DNA from: an uncultured Mycoplasmatota bacterium
Lineage (GTDB): Bacteria > Bacillota_I > Bacilli_A > RF39 > UBA660
DNA length: 64,000 nt
NCBI GenBank assembly: GCA_946497925.1
Contig: CAMMMG010000002.1
Span: forward strand, 398-64,397
Reading direction: 5' to 3'
Every line of letters begins with the position of its first letter. Positions within the stretch are counted from its first letter, which is position 1. This document shows, piece by piece, positions 10,162 through 20,295 of the stretch. Below the pieces are notes generated by a model. The model was not told the origin of the DNA, did no database searches, and was given only the letters and a program-made list of their open reading frames with translations. Both the position numbers and the translations under genes were made by a program.

Positions 10162-11604
10162 CTATCGATGAATTTTTTTAGAAATAAAGCGTAATGGTTT
10201 GGTTAATTTCCATGAACGGCTATTTAACAACTCACTTATTTGTCTTTTTTCTTGTTCTAATTGAGACTCTAAATCTTTAATCTCTTTTTTCAAATTTTTT
10301 GGTTGCTGTCTTTCTAGTGCTTTATATTCTTCTAATGTCAATTTTTGACTTTCTTTTAATATTTTCGTAACTCTTTCATTTGGTGATAATTTAAAAATAT
10401 CTTTAGATAAATTCATTTTTTTTAAAACAAATTCTAAATTATAATTATAAATTTCTGTTATTGAAGGTTTTTCTAAACGCCATTTAATATAATCTTTATC
10501 AAACATGAGCTGATAAGGAACATAATATCCAAAAATGAGATAGTTTAAATATTCAATATCACAAATTTTATCATCAATATAATTTAAAGAAGAAACACCA
10601 CCATATAAATACGGAAAATTATCTCCTAAAATGTAAGATGTTCTTCCTAATAACATTGCTTCAAATGCTAAATTTGAACCAATACTAACAATCCTTCTAT
10701 TTTTTAAAATCCATTCCAATGAAGAAGCAGAAGAATCAATATTATATTCATCTTTATATTCATCTTTATTTTTTCTCATAGGATGAATTCTTAAAGAGAT
10801 TTTTTCCTTAGATGCTAATTTATTAACTTGTCTCAAAATATCTTCATCTTTTTTATGACAATTAGCTTCTTGCAAAGGATCATGGTCTGGTCCAATATTA
10901 ACACCAAACTCATACTCTGGAAGACTATATAAGTGATACATATATCTTAATTTTTCTTTAGATAAAAACATTGCTAGTAATTCTTGTCTACTAAAATAAT
11001 CATTTTCTCCCTTATTGTCTGCCAAAAATTTAAAATAATCGTTGTCATTTTTTGTAGCATCGTATTTATCATAAAATTGAAAATACCCAAATTTTTCTCT
11101 ATAAGTAACAGGCCTAAAAGTAGTTTGTTCTAGTAAAATTAAAGTAATATTCTTTTCTTGACAAACATTTTCTAAACTTTTATACCATGTCCAAGTTATA
11201 ATAGCTGAAATATGACCTATATCTTTTTCGATTTGATTTATCTTATTTGAAATCATTTCTTCAAAAAATTTATTTTCTTTTATTAAAATTTCTTTATAAA
11301 ATTCTTCTTCAGTTTTATAACAACATATAACTTTATTTTTTTCTAATTTAGTGATTGGATATTTTTTCAATTTATCCATATCATCATCATCTGGTATTCT
11401 AAACTCATGAATTACATTATAATTTCCTTCGGTATTCAGAAAAGGATACTCTTTCTGTTTTTTATAAACTGATGGTTTCTCAAAATAAGCCTCCTCAGCA
11501 ATAATTGGGTAATCATTCTCTAAAGCAAATTCCATATACTTATAAAAAATCCATAAATAATGGATAGGATTCTTCTCAATACCAAATAAAAATGGAACAA
11601 TCAT
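10162..11604 (-). CDS. Putative ulosonic-acid (Kdo/sialic-type) transferase, KpsC/KpsS (Capsule_synth)-like GT-B with C-terminal coiled coil
   Basis: It has an HP motif (LRIHPMRK) and IVSIGSNLAFEAMLLGRTSYILG resembling the C-terminal half of capsule-synthesis transferases. A coiled coil follows (KKEIKDLESQLEQEKRQISELLNSRSWKLTKPLRF). It sits next to kdsB. Confidence 0.4.
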   Translation of the reverse strand: MIVPFLFGIEKNPIHYLWIFYKYMEFALENDYPIIAEEAYFEKPSVYKKQKEYPFLNTEGNYNVIHEFRIPDDDDMDKLKKYPITKLEKNKVICCYKTEEEFYKEILIKENKFFEEMISNKINQIEKDIGHISAIITWTWYKSLENVCQEKNITLILLEQTTFRPVTYREKFGYFQFYDKYDATKNDNDYFKFLADNKGENDYFSRQELLAMFLSKEKLRYMYHLYSLPEYEFGVNIGPDHDPLQEANCHKKDEDILRQVNKLASKEKISLRIHPMRKNKDEYKDEYNIDSSASSLEWILKNRRIVSIGSNLAFEAMLLGRTSYILGDNFPYLYGGVSSLNYIDDKICDIEYLNYLIFGYYVPYQLMFDKDYIKWRLEKPSITEIYNYNLEFVLKKMNLSKDIFKLSPNERVTKILKESQKLTLEEYKALERQQPKNLKKEIKDLESQLEQEKRQISELLNSRSWKLTKPLRFISKKIHR

Positions 11605-11673
11605 AGATATTTCTCCTTTCTGAATTTATCTTATTTGTTTAAGAGTTTTATATTAAAACACTACAATCTAATC

Positions 11674-12423
11674 TTACCAATGATAACATGATAAATGTTT
11701 TTCTTTAACAATAGCACGAATATGTTCTAAATCCTTAGGTGTATCAACAGATAAACTTTCACTTTCTACTTCAACCATCTTTATTTTTTCACCATTTTCA
11801 AGAAAACGAATTTCATTAACATCCTCAACAATCTCATAAGGACCTTTTTTAGTACTAGCAAAAAAATCTAAAGCTTTTTTATTATATATTAATACACCAA
11901 CATGCTTATAATAATCATAATCCATACTTCCCTTTGGATAAGGAATAGGACTTCTTGAAAAGAACATAGCATAAGACAATTTATCAAATACAACCTTAAT
12001 ATTCGTAAAATCAACAGCTTCTACTGGATTTTTTATCTTAGTCATTAAATTAGCAACATAAACTTTATTACTATCTGGAAGAGACTCAGGAATTATCTTC
12101 TCAATCATTTTAGGATTAATTAAAGGTTCATCTCCATTAATAACAAGATATAAATCTGCCTTAACAGTTTCTGATACTTCCTGTACTCTTTCTGTACTAG
12201 TAGGATGTGTATTTTTAGTTAATATAACTTTAATATTTTTCTCTTTACATACTTTTTCAATTCTCTCATCATCTGTTGCAACATAAACATCATCAAGTCC
12301 TCTAACTTGTTTTACCTGACCATAAACCCACGCTACCATAGGCTCATCTTCAATTAATTCTAAAGGCTTACCTTTAAAGCGTGAAGATTGATAACGTGCT
12401 GGAATAACTGCCACTACTCTCAT
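11674..12423 (-). CDS. kdsB: 3-deoxy-manno-octulosonate cytidylyltransferase-like (CMP-Kdo synthetase family)
   Basis: VAVIPARYQSSRFKGKPL, VINGDEPLI, FFSRSPIPYP, HVGVLIY, GEKIKMVEV and VDTPKDLEHI align along the E. coli KdsB sequence as I recall it. Confidence 0.8.
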   Translation of the reverse strand: MRVVAVIPARYQSSRFKGKPLELIEDEPMVAWVYGQVKQVRGLDDVYVATDDERIEKVCKEKNIKVILTKNTHPTSTERVQEVSETVKADLYLVINGDEPLINPKMIEKIIPESLPDSNKVYVANLMTKIKNPVEAVDFTNIKVVFDKLSYAMFFSRSPIPYPKGSMDYDYYKHVGVLIYNKKALDFFASTKKGPYEIVEDVNEIRFLENGEKIKMVEVESESLSVDTPKDLEHIRAIVKEKHLSCYHW

Positions 12424-12437
12424 ACTTTCTCTTCCTC

Positions 12438-14045
12438 CTAATCAATATTTTTAGATGGGGTCAATGTTTTAATTAACATCTTCTCTTGATATTTCTTTAT
12501 ATTTCTTTCCATCGTTGAATTTAAATTATCAATATAATTCTTATCAAGTAAATAAGCAATATCACTTTGATAAAAATTTTCTTCCATACAAGAAGTAAAA
12601 CCATCAAAGCCTGCTAAAACAACATTTTTAACATTTGCATGACTTAAAATATTCAAACAAACTAATAGAGCTGAATCAGAAACTCCATCAAGTTTAGACA
12701 ATGAATTTCTATAATCAAAAATAAGAGTGTTTTCATTATCTTCAATACTAATATTAGAAGTAATCATTTTAATATCATCAGGAGTTAAATCATCACAAGA
12801 TTCCTGATATCTTTTTCTATTACTATAAAACACTGCATTATGCTTATGTAGATTAGGATTATTAATAGTAATAACGAAACAATTAGAATTATCTATATAA
12901 TTATCCAACTGTTCTTGATAAGTTATAATACTCTTACCAGGACCAATCAAAATAACTTCTTTTTCTTTAACTAAATCAGATAACCTTTCATAAGAAGCAT
13001 CATCTAAATATGTATGATCATTATAAATTTGATATAGTTCCTCAATATAAGCGGAATCATATTCTGTCTTTTTCTGTTCACTAATCATCTGAACAACTTT
13101 ATGAATATCACTACTACTAAGCATTCTCTTATTTAATAAATATAAGATATATGATGGATGGCAAGCATAGATAGCAGATAAATAATATGGTAAAGAATAA
13201 CCCCAGGGATTTTCACTTTTAATCTTTTCTAAAATATTATCTGAAGCTTCTAATAATGGTGATAATGAATAATTTTTTCCTTCTTTTTCATTTAAATAAT
13301 TGGCAATAAGCTCAGTAGGTAAATTACCAGCTCCTCTTCCCATTCCATAAATAGAACTATCAATAACTATATTTCTATCTTCAGAAGTATTTTCTATAAA
13401 AGCAAGAGCATTTGCAAAAGCCATTTGTAAATTATTATGCACATGAAATGCTAATTTAGTTTCAGCCTTTAAATTTTCATCAAATAACTTTGATAAATAA
13501 ATAACATCTTGTGGAGTCATTTGCCCAAAAGTATCTACAATTGCTAATCCTTCTAAATCAAGTTCTTCATTACAAATACGAATCATTTCTCTAATCTCTT
13601 CTTCAGTATAACCCAATATAACTGTAGGCTGCAAAAACAAACGATACCCTTTTCTTCTAATTTCCTTAGCATATTCAATTGCCTTTGGTAAACTTTTCTT
13701 ATGAAAAGACATTCTTAATATATTATCACTATTACTGCATAAAGGTAAATTTTCAATATTATATTTCTCCCCTAATAACATTAATGTATATTGATTTTCC
13801 TCAGTATTAGCAATTAAATTCTGTTCTTCTAACTCTTCCATTCTTCTATATTCAGTTCTATCAACAGAGTATTCTTCTTTAGTATCCATTAAATAACCAC
13901 ATTCTATTAACTCAATCTTTGCCTCTTCTAGATAATTTATTAATTGTTTAATATCGTCATAACCAAACTCATTATCATTAACATAGCCACCATCCCTTAA
14001 AGTACAATCTAATATCTCTATTTTTCTCATTTTAAACTTCCTCAC
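12438..14045 (-). CDS. Fusion: HMGL-like (DRE-TIM) pyruvate aldolase domain + DUF115/MptE-like domain
   Basis: The N-terminal part has ILDCTLRDGGY and HVHNNLQMAFANALA (metal-binding H-x-H). The C-terminal part has VILIGPGKSI and SALLVCLNILSHANVKNVVLAGFDGF, typical of the DUF115 (Maf/MptE-like) fold. Confidence 0.6.
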   Translation of the reverse strand: MRKFKMRKIEILDCTLRDGGYVNDNEFGYDDIKQLINYLEEAKIELIECGYLMDTKEEYSVDRTEYRRMEELEEQNLIANTEENQYTLMLLGEKYNIENLPLCSNSDNILRMSFHKKSLPKAIEYAKEIRRKGYRLFLQPTVILGYTEEEIREMIRICNEELDLEGLAIVDTFGQMTPQDVIYLSKLFDENLKAETKLAFHVHNNLQMAFANALAFIENTSEDRNIVIDSSIYGMGRGAGNLPTELIANYLNEKEGKNYSLSPLLEASDNILEKIKSENPWGYSLPYYLSAIYACHPSYILYLLNKRMLSSSDIHKVVQMISEQKKTEYDSAYIEELYQIYNDHTYLDDASYERLSDLVKEKEVILIGPGKSIITYQEQLDNYIDNSNCFVITINNPNLHKHNAVFYSNRKRYQESCDDLTPDDIKMITSNISIEDNENTLIFDYRNSLSKLDGVSDSALLVCLNILSHANVKNVVLAGFDGFTSCMEENFYQSDIAYLLDKNYIDNLNSTMERNIKKYQEKMLIKTLTPSKNID

Positions 14046-14050
14046 TACTT

Positions 14051-16288
14051 TTAATAATAAAATATATTTAAATCAACATTACCAGTAATACCAGGGAGAC
14101 TACCAGAAGAAGTATATTGCCATCCTCTATGTGGTAAAGTATATCCACAATCTCCGTTAGTATAATGTGCTATCCAATCAACCATACTTCTTGTATTATC
14201 ATTAAATCTTGTCATTGCATAATTTAAATAAGTATAAACTTTAGCATCATAACCTGCTGCTTTAAGACGATTAATATAATTATAAACCATCCCTTCATAA
14301 GCTTCCTTAGATATATCATCAGAACTTTCATTTTGACTTGGAATACTATAACTCTCAATATCATAATAAATTGGATAATCTGGACTAACATTATATCTAT
14401 TAAGCATTTGAATCGTAGCATTAGCTTCAAAAATAGCTTCAGCAGGATTATGAGCATAACTATATAAATAAACACCATAAGGAATATTTAAACGTTTTAC
14501 ATTACTTAAATATTCAGAAAATTTTATATCTTCATAACCATTATAACCAATTCTTAAAATAACTCCATCAATTTCTCCAGAATTCCACAAAGTATCCCAA
14601 TCAATATTTCCTTGATGATAAGATACATCTGCTAATCTTTTAAAGTTCTGTTCACGTAAAACTCCATCCTGATTAAAGCGATACCAAACACCATGAATTT
14701 TTTGAACTCCAGTTGCCATACTACCATCATAATTGTAATAATATGTATTACCATTTATAGTTTGAAAACCAGTTTGAATAACACCGTTTTCATCAAATTT
14801 ATAAACACGACCATCAATTGTCTGAATACCTGTTTGAATGATACCTTCTTGATTAGTATAATATATATATCCTGTTAATGAATGTACCCAACCAATTTGA
14901 ATTTTTCCAGAAAGCTCACCTAAAAAATATCTTTGACCATCTATTGACGTAATACCTTTCAATATTTTTCCATCTTGATCAGTATAGTAACGATCTCCCG
15001 TTAAGGCAGAGGTTACAAAGCCTACTTGAACTTTTCCTGTATACTCTCCTAAGAAGTAATCTTCCCCATCTATTTCTGTAATTCCATATTGCTTTACACC
15101 CAAAATATAATAATAACGATCTAATCCTATATCATAAAATCCTTCAATTAAACTTCCATCTTCTAAAGTATTATAAGTATTACCGTCATATTCAAATTCA
15201 CCTTTATAAATTTTTCCATCTTCATCTGCATAATAATACTTATTATTTAAACTTGATTGAACAAATCCAGTCTGAATTTTTCCTGTATACTCTCCTAAAA
15301 AGTAATCTTCTCCATCTATCGGAGTAATACCTTTCAATATTTTTCCATCTTGATCAGTATAGTAACGATCTCCCGTTAAGGCAGAGGTTACAAAGCCTAC
15401 TTGAACTTTTCCTGTATACTCTCCTAAGAAGTAATCTTCCCCATCTATTTCTGTAATTCCATATTGCTTTACACCCAAAATATAATAATAACGATCTAAT
15501 CCTATATCATAAAATCCTTCAATTAAACTTCCATCTTCTAAAGTATTATAAGTATTACCGTCATATTCAAATTCACCTTTATAAATTTTTCCATCTTCAT
15601 CTGCATAATAATACTTATTATTTAAACTTGATTGAACAAATCCAGTCTGAATTTTTCCTGTATACTCTCCTAAAAAGTAATCTTCTCCATCTATTGGCGT
15701 AATACCTTTCAATATTTTTCCATCTTGATCAGTATAATACCTATCTCCCGTTAATGAAGAAGTTACAAAACCTACTTGAACTTTTCCTGTATACTCTCCT
15801 AAGAAATAATCTTCTCCATCTATTTCTGTAATACCTTTAACTAATTTACCATCAGAATCAAAATAATAAGTCGCTCCATCGATAAAGACAAATCCCTTTT
15901 GTATTATTCCATCCTGATTAGTATAATACACATCTCCTGTTAATGAAGAAGTTACAAAACCTATTTGAACTTTTCCTGTATATTCCCCTAAAAAGTAATC
16001 TTCTCCATCTATTGATGTAATACCTTTCAATATTTTTCCATCCTGATTAGTATAATACATGTCTCCTGTTAATGAAGAAGTTACAAAACCTATTTGAACT
16101 TTTCCTGTATACTCTCCTAAGAAATAATCTTCTCCATCTATTTCTGTAATACCTTTTTGTATTATTCCGTCCTTATAATAATAAAGTGAACCATCTTCTT
16201 CAAAAAAACCAGTTTTACCTAAAGCATTAACATTTAAAAACACCAAACTAATTGCAACTAAAACAACAAAAAATATCTTTTTTTTCAT
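14051..16288 (-). CDS. Secreted GH25 muramidase with N-terminal cell-wall-binding (CW_binding_1 type) repeats
   Basis: It has a signal peptide (MKKKIFFVVLVAISLVF) and ~20-aa G-x-x-x-IDG-x-x-YF repeats. The C-terminal DVSYHQGNIDWDTL...GVILRIGY is a GH25 signature. Confidence 0.8.
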   Translation of the reverse strand: MKKKIFFVVLVAISLVFLNVNALGKTGFFEEDGSLYYYKDGIIQKGITEIDGEDYFLGEYTGKVQIGFVTSSLTGDMYYTNQDGKILKGITSIDGEDYFLGEYTGKVQIGFVTSSLTGDVYYTNQDGIIQKGFVFIDGATYYFDSDGKLVKGITEIDGEDYFLGEYTGKVQVGFVTSSLTGDRYYTDQDGKILKGITPIDGEDYFLGEYTGKIQTGFVQSSLNNKYYYADEDGKIYKGEFEYDGNTYNTLEDGSLIEGFYDIGLDRYYYILGVKQYGITEIDGEDYFLGEYTGKVQVGFVTSALTGDRYYTDQDGKILKGITPIDGEDYFLGEYTGKIQTGFVQSSLNNKYYYADEDGKIYKGEFEYDGNTYNTLEDGSLIEGFYDIGLDRYYYILGVKQYGITEIDGEDYFLGEYTGKVQVGFVTSALTGDRYYTDQDGKILKGITSIDGQRYFLGELSGKIQIGWVHSLTGYIYYTNQEGIIQTGIQTIDGRVYKFDENGVIQTGFQTINGNTYYYNYDGSMATGVQKIHGVWYRFNQDGVLREQNFKRLADVSYHQGNIDWDTLWNSGEIDGVILRIGYNGYEDIKFSEYLSNVKRLNIPYGVYLYSYAHNPAEAIFEANATIQMLNRYNVSPDYPIYYDIESYSIPSQNESSDDISKEAYEGMVYNYINRLKAAGYDAKVYTYLNYAMTRFNDNTRSMVDWIAHYTNGDCGYTLPHRGWQYTSSGSLPGITGNVDLNIFYY
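14949..15698 (-). repeat. Near-perfect 2 x 375-bp tandem duplication inside the lysin gene
   Basis: The same string (gtaatacctttcaatatttttccatcttgatcagtatagtaacgatctcccgttaaggcagagg...) starts at 14949 and 15324. A diverged third copy starts ~15699. The period equals 125 aa. Confidence 0.85.
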
Positions 16289-16376
16289 ATCTTCCTCCTA
16301 TAAATTAGATTATATCGTATTTATAATAAAAAATAAAGACAGTAAATCATTCTAAATATTTAACAAAACTACTAAT

Positions 16377-17495
16377 TTAAGCTTCTTTCCTTTTTAAATT
16401 TTTAACCAAAAAGCCTATTAATTCTACAACTTTTTTTCTAAAATACTCAATAATAACAGATGAAATAAATATTATGCAAGCTACCACAAAAATTTGTAAT
16501 ATTATCTCAAAAGGAGAATGTTTATCTACTAAAAAAGGAAATAGTTTATATATATAAGGTTTTAACAATTCAGACTCATGAATTAGATACACTCCAATCA
16601 TTAAGGTAGATAAATTATTTATAAATTTGTTCTTAAAAGAGAAAGTACTAAAAAATAAGAAATATACACAGCTTTGTACAACAATAAGTGGAAAATCATA
16701 AGCAGCAGGATGCGTCTGAAAAATCGCTCCAATTTCAAATAAAATAGAACCTGGAATAGCAAAACTACAAATATATTTACCAAGATATAAAATAGTAAGC
16801 GAACCAAAAGCACAACCAAAAAATATTAATACCATTAACAATCTAAAATATTTAATACTCATATTTTTAAAATGATAAGACTGTTTAAGTGGATACTTTC
16901 TAAAATAAGCCCCTATAAAATATAAAGTAATAAAATGATAAAGCGAAAATCCAAATGAAGTATTAAAAAATCCCTGATTAGTTAAATATGGTAAAAAGCA
17001 ATTAATAAAAACTAAAGTTAATACTAATTTTTTTAATTCACCCTGACTAGAACGTTCAATAAACTTATTAAAAAACGGTGATAATATATACAATAAAATG
17101 TAATAATGAATAAACCAATGTTCATGCTCTAATGGCAGTATAAAAACATTATTAAGAATTTCTAAATTAGTTAAAGTAGTTAATGATAATGCCAATACAA
17201 TAATAACAGCTACTATTCTATAAAACCATGATGTTGCAATTAAATTTAAAACTTTTTTTAAACGGAATTTTGAAGTAGATTGAAAATATCCTGTGACTAA
17301 AACAAAAGAGTTAACATGAACTACCAAAATTAATTTAATAATATCTAAAAATAAAGTAAGTGTATTATTCGCTTGACTTAAACCAACTCCACTTATAATA
17401 ACATGCCACATTACTATCATAAACATAGAGATTATACGCATTAATTCAAAATTTGATTGTCTTAATTTTAAAGTTTTTTCCATAATTCCCCCCAC
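16377..17495 (-). CDS. Acyltransferase family 3 membrane O-acyltransferase
   Basis: 372 aa, about 10 TM helices, N-terminal FELMRIISMFMIVMWHV motif. Confidence 0.65.
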   Translation of the reverse strand: MGGIMEKTLKLRQSNFELMRIISMFMIVMWHVIISGVGLSQANNTLTLFLDIIKLILVVHVNSFVLVTGYFQSTSKFRLKKVLNLIATSWFYRIVAVIIVLALSLTTLTNLEILNNVFILPLEHEHWFIHYYILLYILSPFFNKFIERSSQGELKKLVLTLVFINCFLPYLTNQGFFNTSFGFSLYHFITLYFIGAYFRKYPLKQSYHFKNMSIKYFRLLMVLIFFGCAFGSLTILYLGKYICSFAIPGSILFEIGAIFQTHPAAYDFPLIVVQSCVYFLFFSTFSFKNKFINNLSTLMIGVYLIHESELLKPYIYKLFPFLVDKHSPFEIILQIFVVACIIFISSVIIEYFRKKVVELIGFLVKNLKRKEA

Positions 17496-17547
17496 CTATA
17501 ATAAAAATATAACATATAATTTCTATAAAATACAACAAAAAAAGACT

Positions 17548-18169
17548 TTATTTTAAATATTTTATTAAAGTATTACTAACAAACTCATAACCTTCATCAT
17601 TTAAATGAAGACTATCAACCATATAATCCTCATTCAAAAGGCAACCTTCGTCTACTAACAATTCATGGGTATTAATAAAAGTTTTATCTTCCTCTTTAGC
17701 ATATTCTTCTAGTTTCTTATTTATCTCATTAATATCATCATTATCTTTAAGTCCAACTTTTTTTATCAATTTCTTCATTAACTGAAGAAATACTTTCTAA
17801 ATAGATTTCTACTTCTTTTCTATTTTCCTTAATTCCTCTTATAATTTTCTTTATATTATCAACTACTTCATCACTACTTTTCTCATCTCTTAAAACATTA
17901 TTATCTATTAAAAGAAAATCTTAGATTGATTATAGTAATATACTTTATTTTTCATATTACTTAATATATCATCAGTAGTCTCCCCAGCAACACCACTATT
18001 AACAACTGGCATATCAGTAAAATACTTATCTAAGTCATAATATTTTGTAATAGAATAACCTAAAAATAAATAGTTAGTATAATTATCTTTTTTTCTATTA
18101 CAAAATTGTTTTTTATAATAATTTTTTTATTTTTTCTAGTCTTGTACTATGTTTTTTCTTTTTACTCAT
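17548..18169 (-). pseudogene. Decayed paralogue of the SGNH/GDSL hydrolase at 20791-21612
   Basis: The 76-aa C-terminal ORF (..DSLHLNDEGYEFV..) matches the end of the 273-aa paralogue. Upstream frames still read MSKKKKHSTRLEK.. and NYLFLGYSIT..PVVNSGVAGETTDDIL but are broken by stops and frameshifts. The TM/linker region is deleted and GDS has become GYS. Confidence 0.7.
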
Positions 18170-18225
18170 CAATATCCCCTCTTTACATCAATATGAGTAT
18201 AGCATCAAATCCGAATACTGAAAAA

Positions 18226-18259
18226 TTAAAAGAAAAAACTTGACATATTTTGCCAAGTT
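18226..18259 (-). terminator. Rho-independent terminator (copy A of a recurrent hairpin)
   Basis: The minus strand reads AACTTGGC-AAAATAT-GTCAAGTT followed by TTTTTTCTTTT. It overlaps the rfbB stop codon. Confidence 0.6.
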
Positions 18260-19262
18260 AATCTTTATATGCTTCTTTATAAGCACCACTTTTTATATCA
18301 TTAATCCATTCTTCATTATTTAAGTACCAATCTATTGTTTCTTTAATACCATCTTCAAAAGTATAAGTACGTTCCCATCCTAATTCATTTTCTACTTTGC
18401 TTGAATCTATTGCATATCTTAAATCATGACCTTTTCTATCTTCAACAAATGTTATTAAATCTTCACTCTTACCCATTTGTTTTAATATTGTCTTAACGAT
18501 ATCTATATTATGTCTTTCAGCATGTCCACCTAAATTATATACTTCTCCAACTTTACCATTTCTAACAATTAAATCAACACCAATATTATGATCATGTACA
18601 TGAATCCAATCTCTTACATTTTCCCCAGTTCCATAAACAGGTACTTTTTCATTATTTAATGCTTTAGATATAACAACTGGTATTAATTTTTCTGGAAATT
18701 GATATGGTCCATAATTATTAGAGCATCTGCTAATAGTAACAGGTAATCCATAAGTACGATAATATGCCATAACTAATAAATCTGCACTTGCTTTACTAGT
18801 AGAATATGGACTAGATGTATGAAGTGGTGTGTTTTCTGTAAATAGTAAATCTGGCCTATCTAAAGGTAAATCTCCATATACTTCATCAGTTGAAATCTGA
18901 TGATATCTTTTAACATTATATTTAAGTGATGCATCCATTAATACTTCAGTACCAATAATATTAGTGGTTAAAAATATTTCTGGATTTTTAATAGAATTAT
19001 CAACATGAGACTCTGCTGCAAAATTAATTACAACATCAAACTTTTCATCACTAAATAGTTTATCAATAAAAGCTCTATCAGTAATATCTCCTTTTACAAA
19101 TTTATAATTATTTTTCCCCTCTAAATCTTTAATGTTATTATAATTACCAGCATAAGTTAGAGCATCTAAACAAACAAAATAATCATCTTTATATTTATCA
19201 GTAACGTAATGTAAATAATTACTTCCAATAAAACCTGCTCCTCCTGTAATTAAAAATTTCAT
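18258..19262 (-). CDS. rfbB: dTDP-glucose 4,6-dehydratase
   Basis: MKFLITGGAGFIGSNY, YSTSKASADLL (YxxxK) and an overall RmlB-like sequence. Confidence 0.9.
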   Translation of the reverse strand: MKFLITGGAGFIGSNYLHYVTDKYKDDYFVCLDALTYAGNYNNIKDLEGKNNYKFVKGDITDRAFIDKLFSDEKFDVVINFAAESHVDNSIKNPEIFLTTNIIGTEVLMDASLKYNVKRYHQISTDEVYGDLPLDRPDLLFTENTPLHTSSPYSTSKASADLLVMAYYRTYGLPVTISRCSNNYGPYQFPEKLIPVVISKALNNEKVPVYGTGENVRDWIHVHDHNIGVDLIVRNGKVGEVYNLGGHAERHNIDIVKTILKQMGKSEDLITFVEDRKGHDLRYAIDSSKVENELGWERTYTFEDGIKETIDWYLNNEEWINDIKSGAYKEAYKD

Positions 19263-19353
19263 ATTATCACCTTCCTAAAATAATTTTATCAAATATTCTA
19301 AATTGACACAATATATCCAATAATTAAAATTATTTAATAAATCAGTATTTCTC

Positions 19354-20286
19354 TCACTTTTTCTCAGTTTCTCTTACTATATAAATAGGTCTACCTTTAA
19401 CTTCTGTATATGTTTTAGAAATATAGGCACCACTAATTCCTGTACAAAATAGTTGAATTCCACTTAAGAAAAACATAATACAAACTAAAGATGGCCATCC
19501 TGCTACAGGATCTCCAAATATTAAAGTCCTAATAACAATGAAAATAATAGCAATTAAAGCAATTAAACAAAATAATACTCCTACAAAAACAGCTATTGTT
19601 AAAGGAACAGTAGAATATCCAATAATTGCATCAATTGCATAAGTAAATAATTTAAAGAAACTCCATTTACTATTACCTGCTACTCTTTTAGGAACTTCAT
19701 AAGTCAACCATTTAGTTTTAAATCCTACAAAACTAAATATTCCTTTACTATAACGGTTATATTCTTTTAATTCTAATACAGCATTAACTACTTGTCTCTT
19801 CATCAACCTAAAGTCTCTAGCCCCTGGTACCATCTCCACTTTAGATAATTTAGATATTAGTTTATAATAACAATTTGTAAAAAATCTTCTAACTATGCCA
19901 TACTCTTTATGAGCATCAGTTTTAAGAGCAACTATATCAACATCTTCTGTTGTAATAATTTTATACATCTTTTCTATAAGTTTCGGAGGATCTTGCAAAT
20001 CAACATCAAGTAATGTTATATAATCCCCAGTGCAATATTCAAGTCCAGCATAAATAGCCGCTTCCTTTCCAAAATTTCTTGAAAAAGAAATATATCTAAT
20101 ATTGCTATCATCTTTAGAAAATCCTTTAACAATATTAAGAGTCTTATCTTTACTACCATCATCTATAAATATAAGTTCAAAAGATACTTCTTTCATCTTA
20201 TTAATCACTTTATTTATCTCTTTATAAAATAAAGGAAGTGATTCTTCTTCATTATAACAAGGTACAATAACTGATATTTTATCCAT
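19354..20286 (-). CDS. Polyprenyl-phosphate glycosyltransferase (GtrB/CsbB-like GT2 with two C-terminal TM helices)
   Basis: ISVIVPCYNEE...IDDGSKD...DVDLQDPP plus C-terminal TM helices. It is followed by a GtrA-like gene. Confidence 0.8.
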   Translation of the reverse strand: MDKISVIVPCYNEEESLPLFYKEINKVINKMKEVSFELIFIDDGSKDKTLNIVKGFSKDDSNIRYISFSRNFGKEAAIYAGLEYCTGDYITLLDVDLQDPPKLIEKMYKIITTEDVDIVALKTDAHKEYGIVRRFFTNCYYKLISKLSKVEMVPGARDFRLMKRQVVNAVLELKEYNRYSKGIFSFVGFKTKWLTYEVPKRVAGNSKWSFFKLFTYAIDAIIGYSTVPLTIAVFVGVLFCLIALIAIIFIVIRTLIFGDPVAGWPSLVCIMFFLSGIQLFCTGISGAYISKTYTEVKGRPIYIVRETEKK

Positions 20287-20295
20287 AATATCCCT

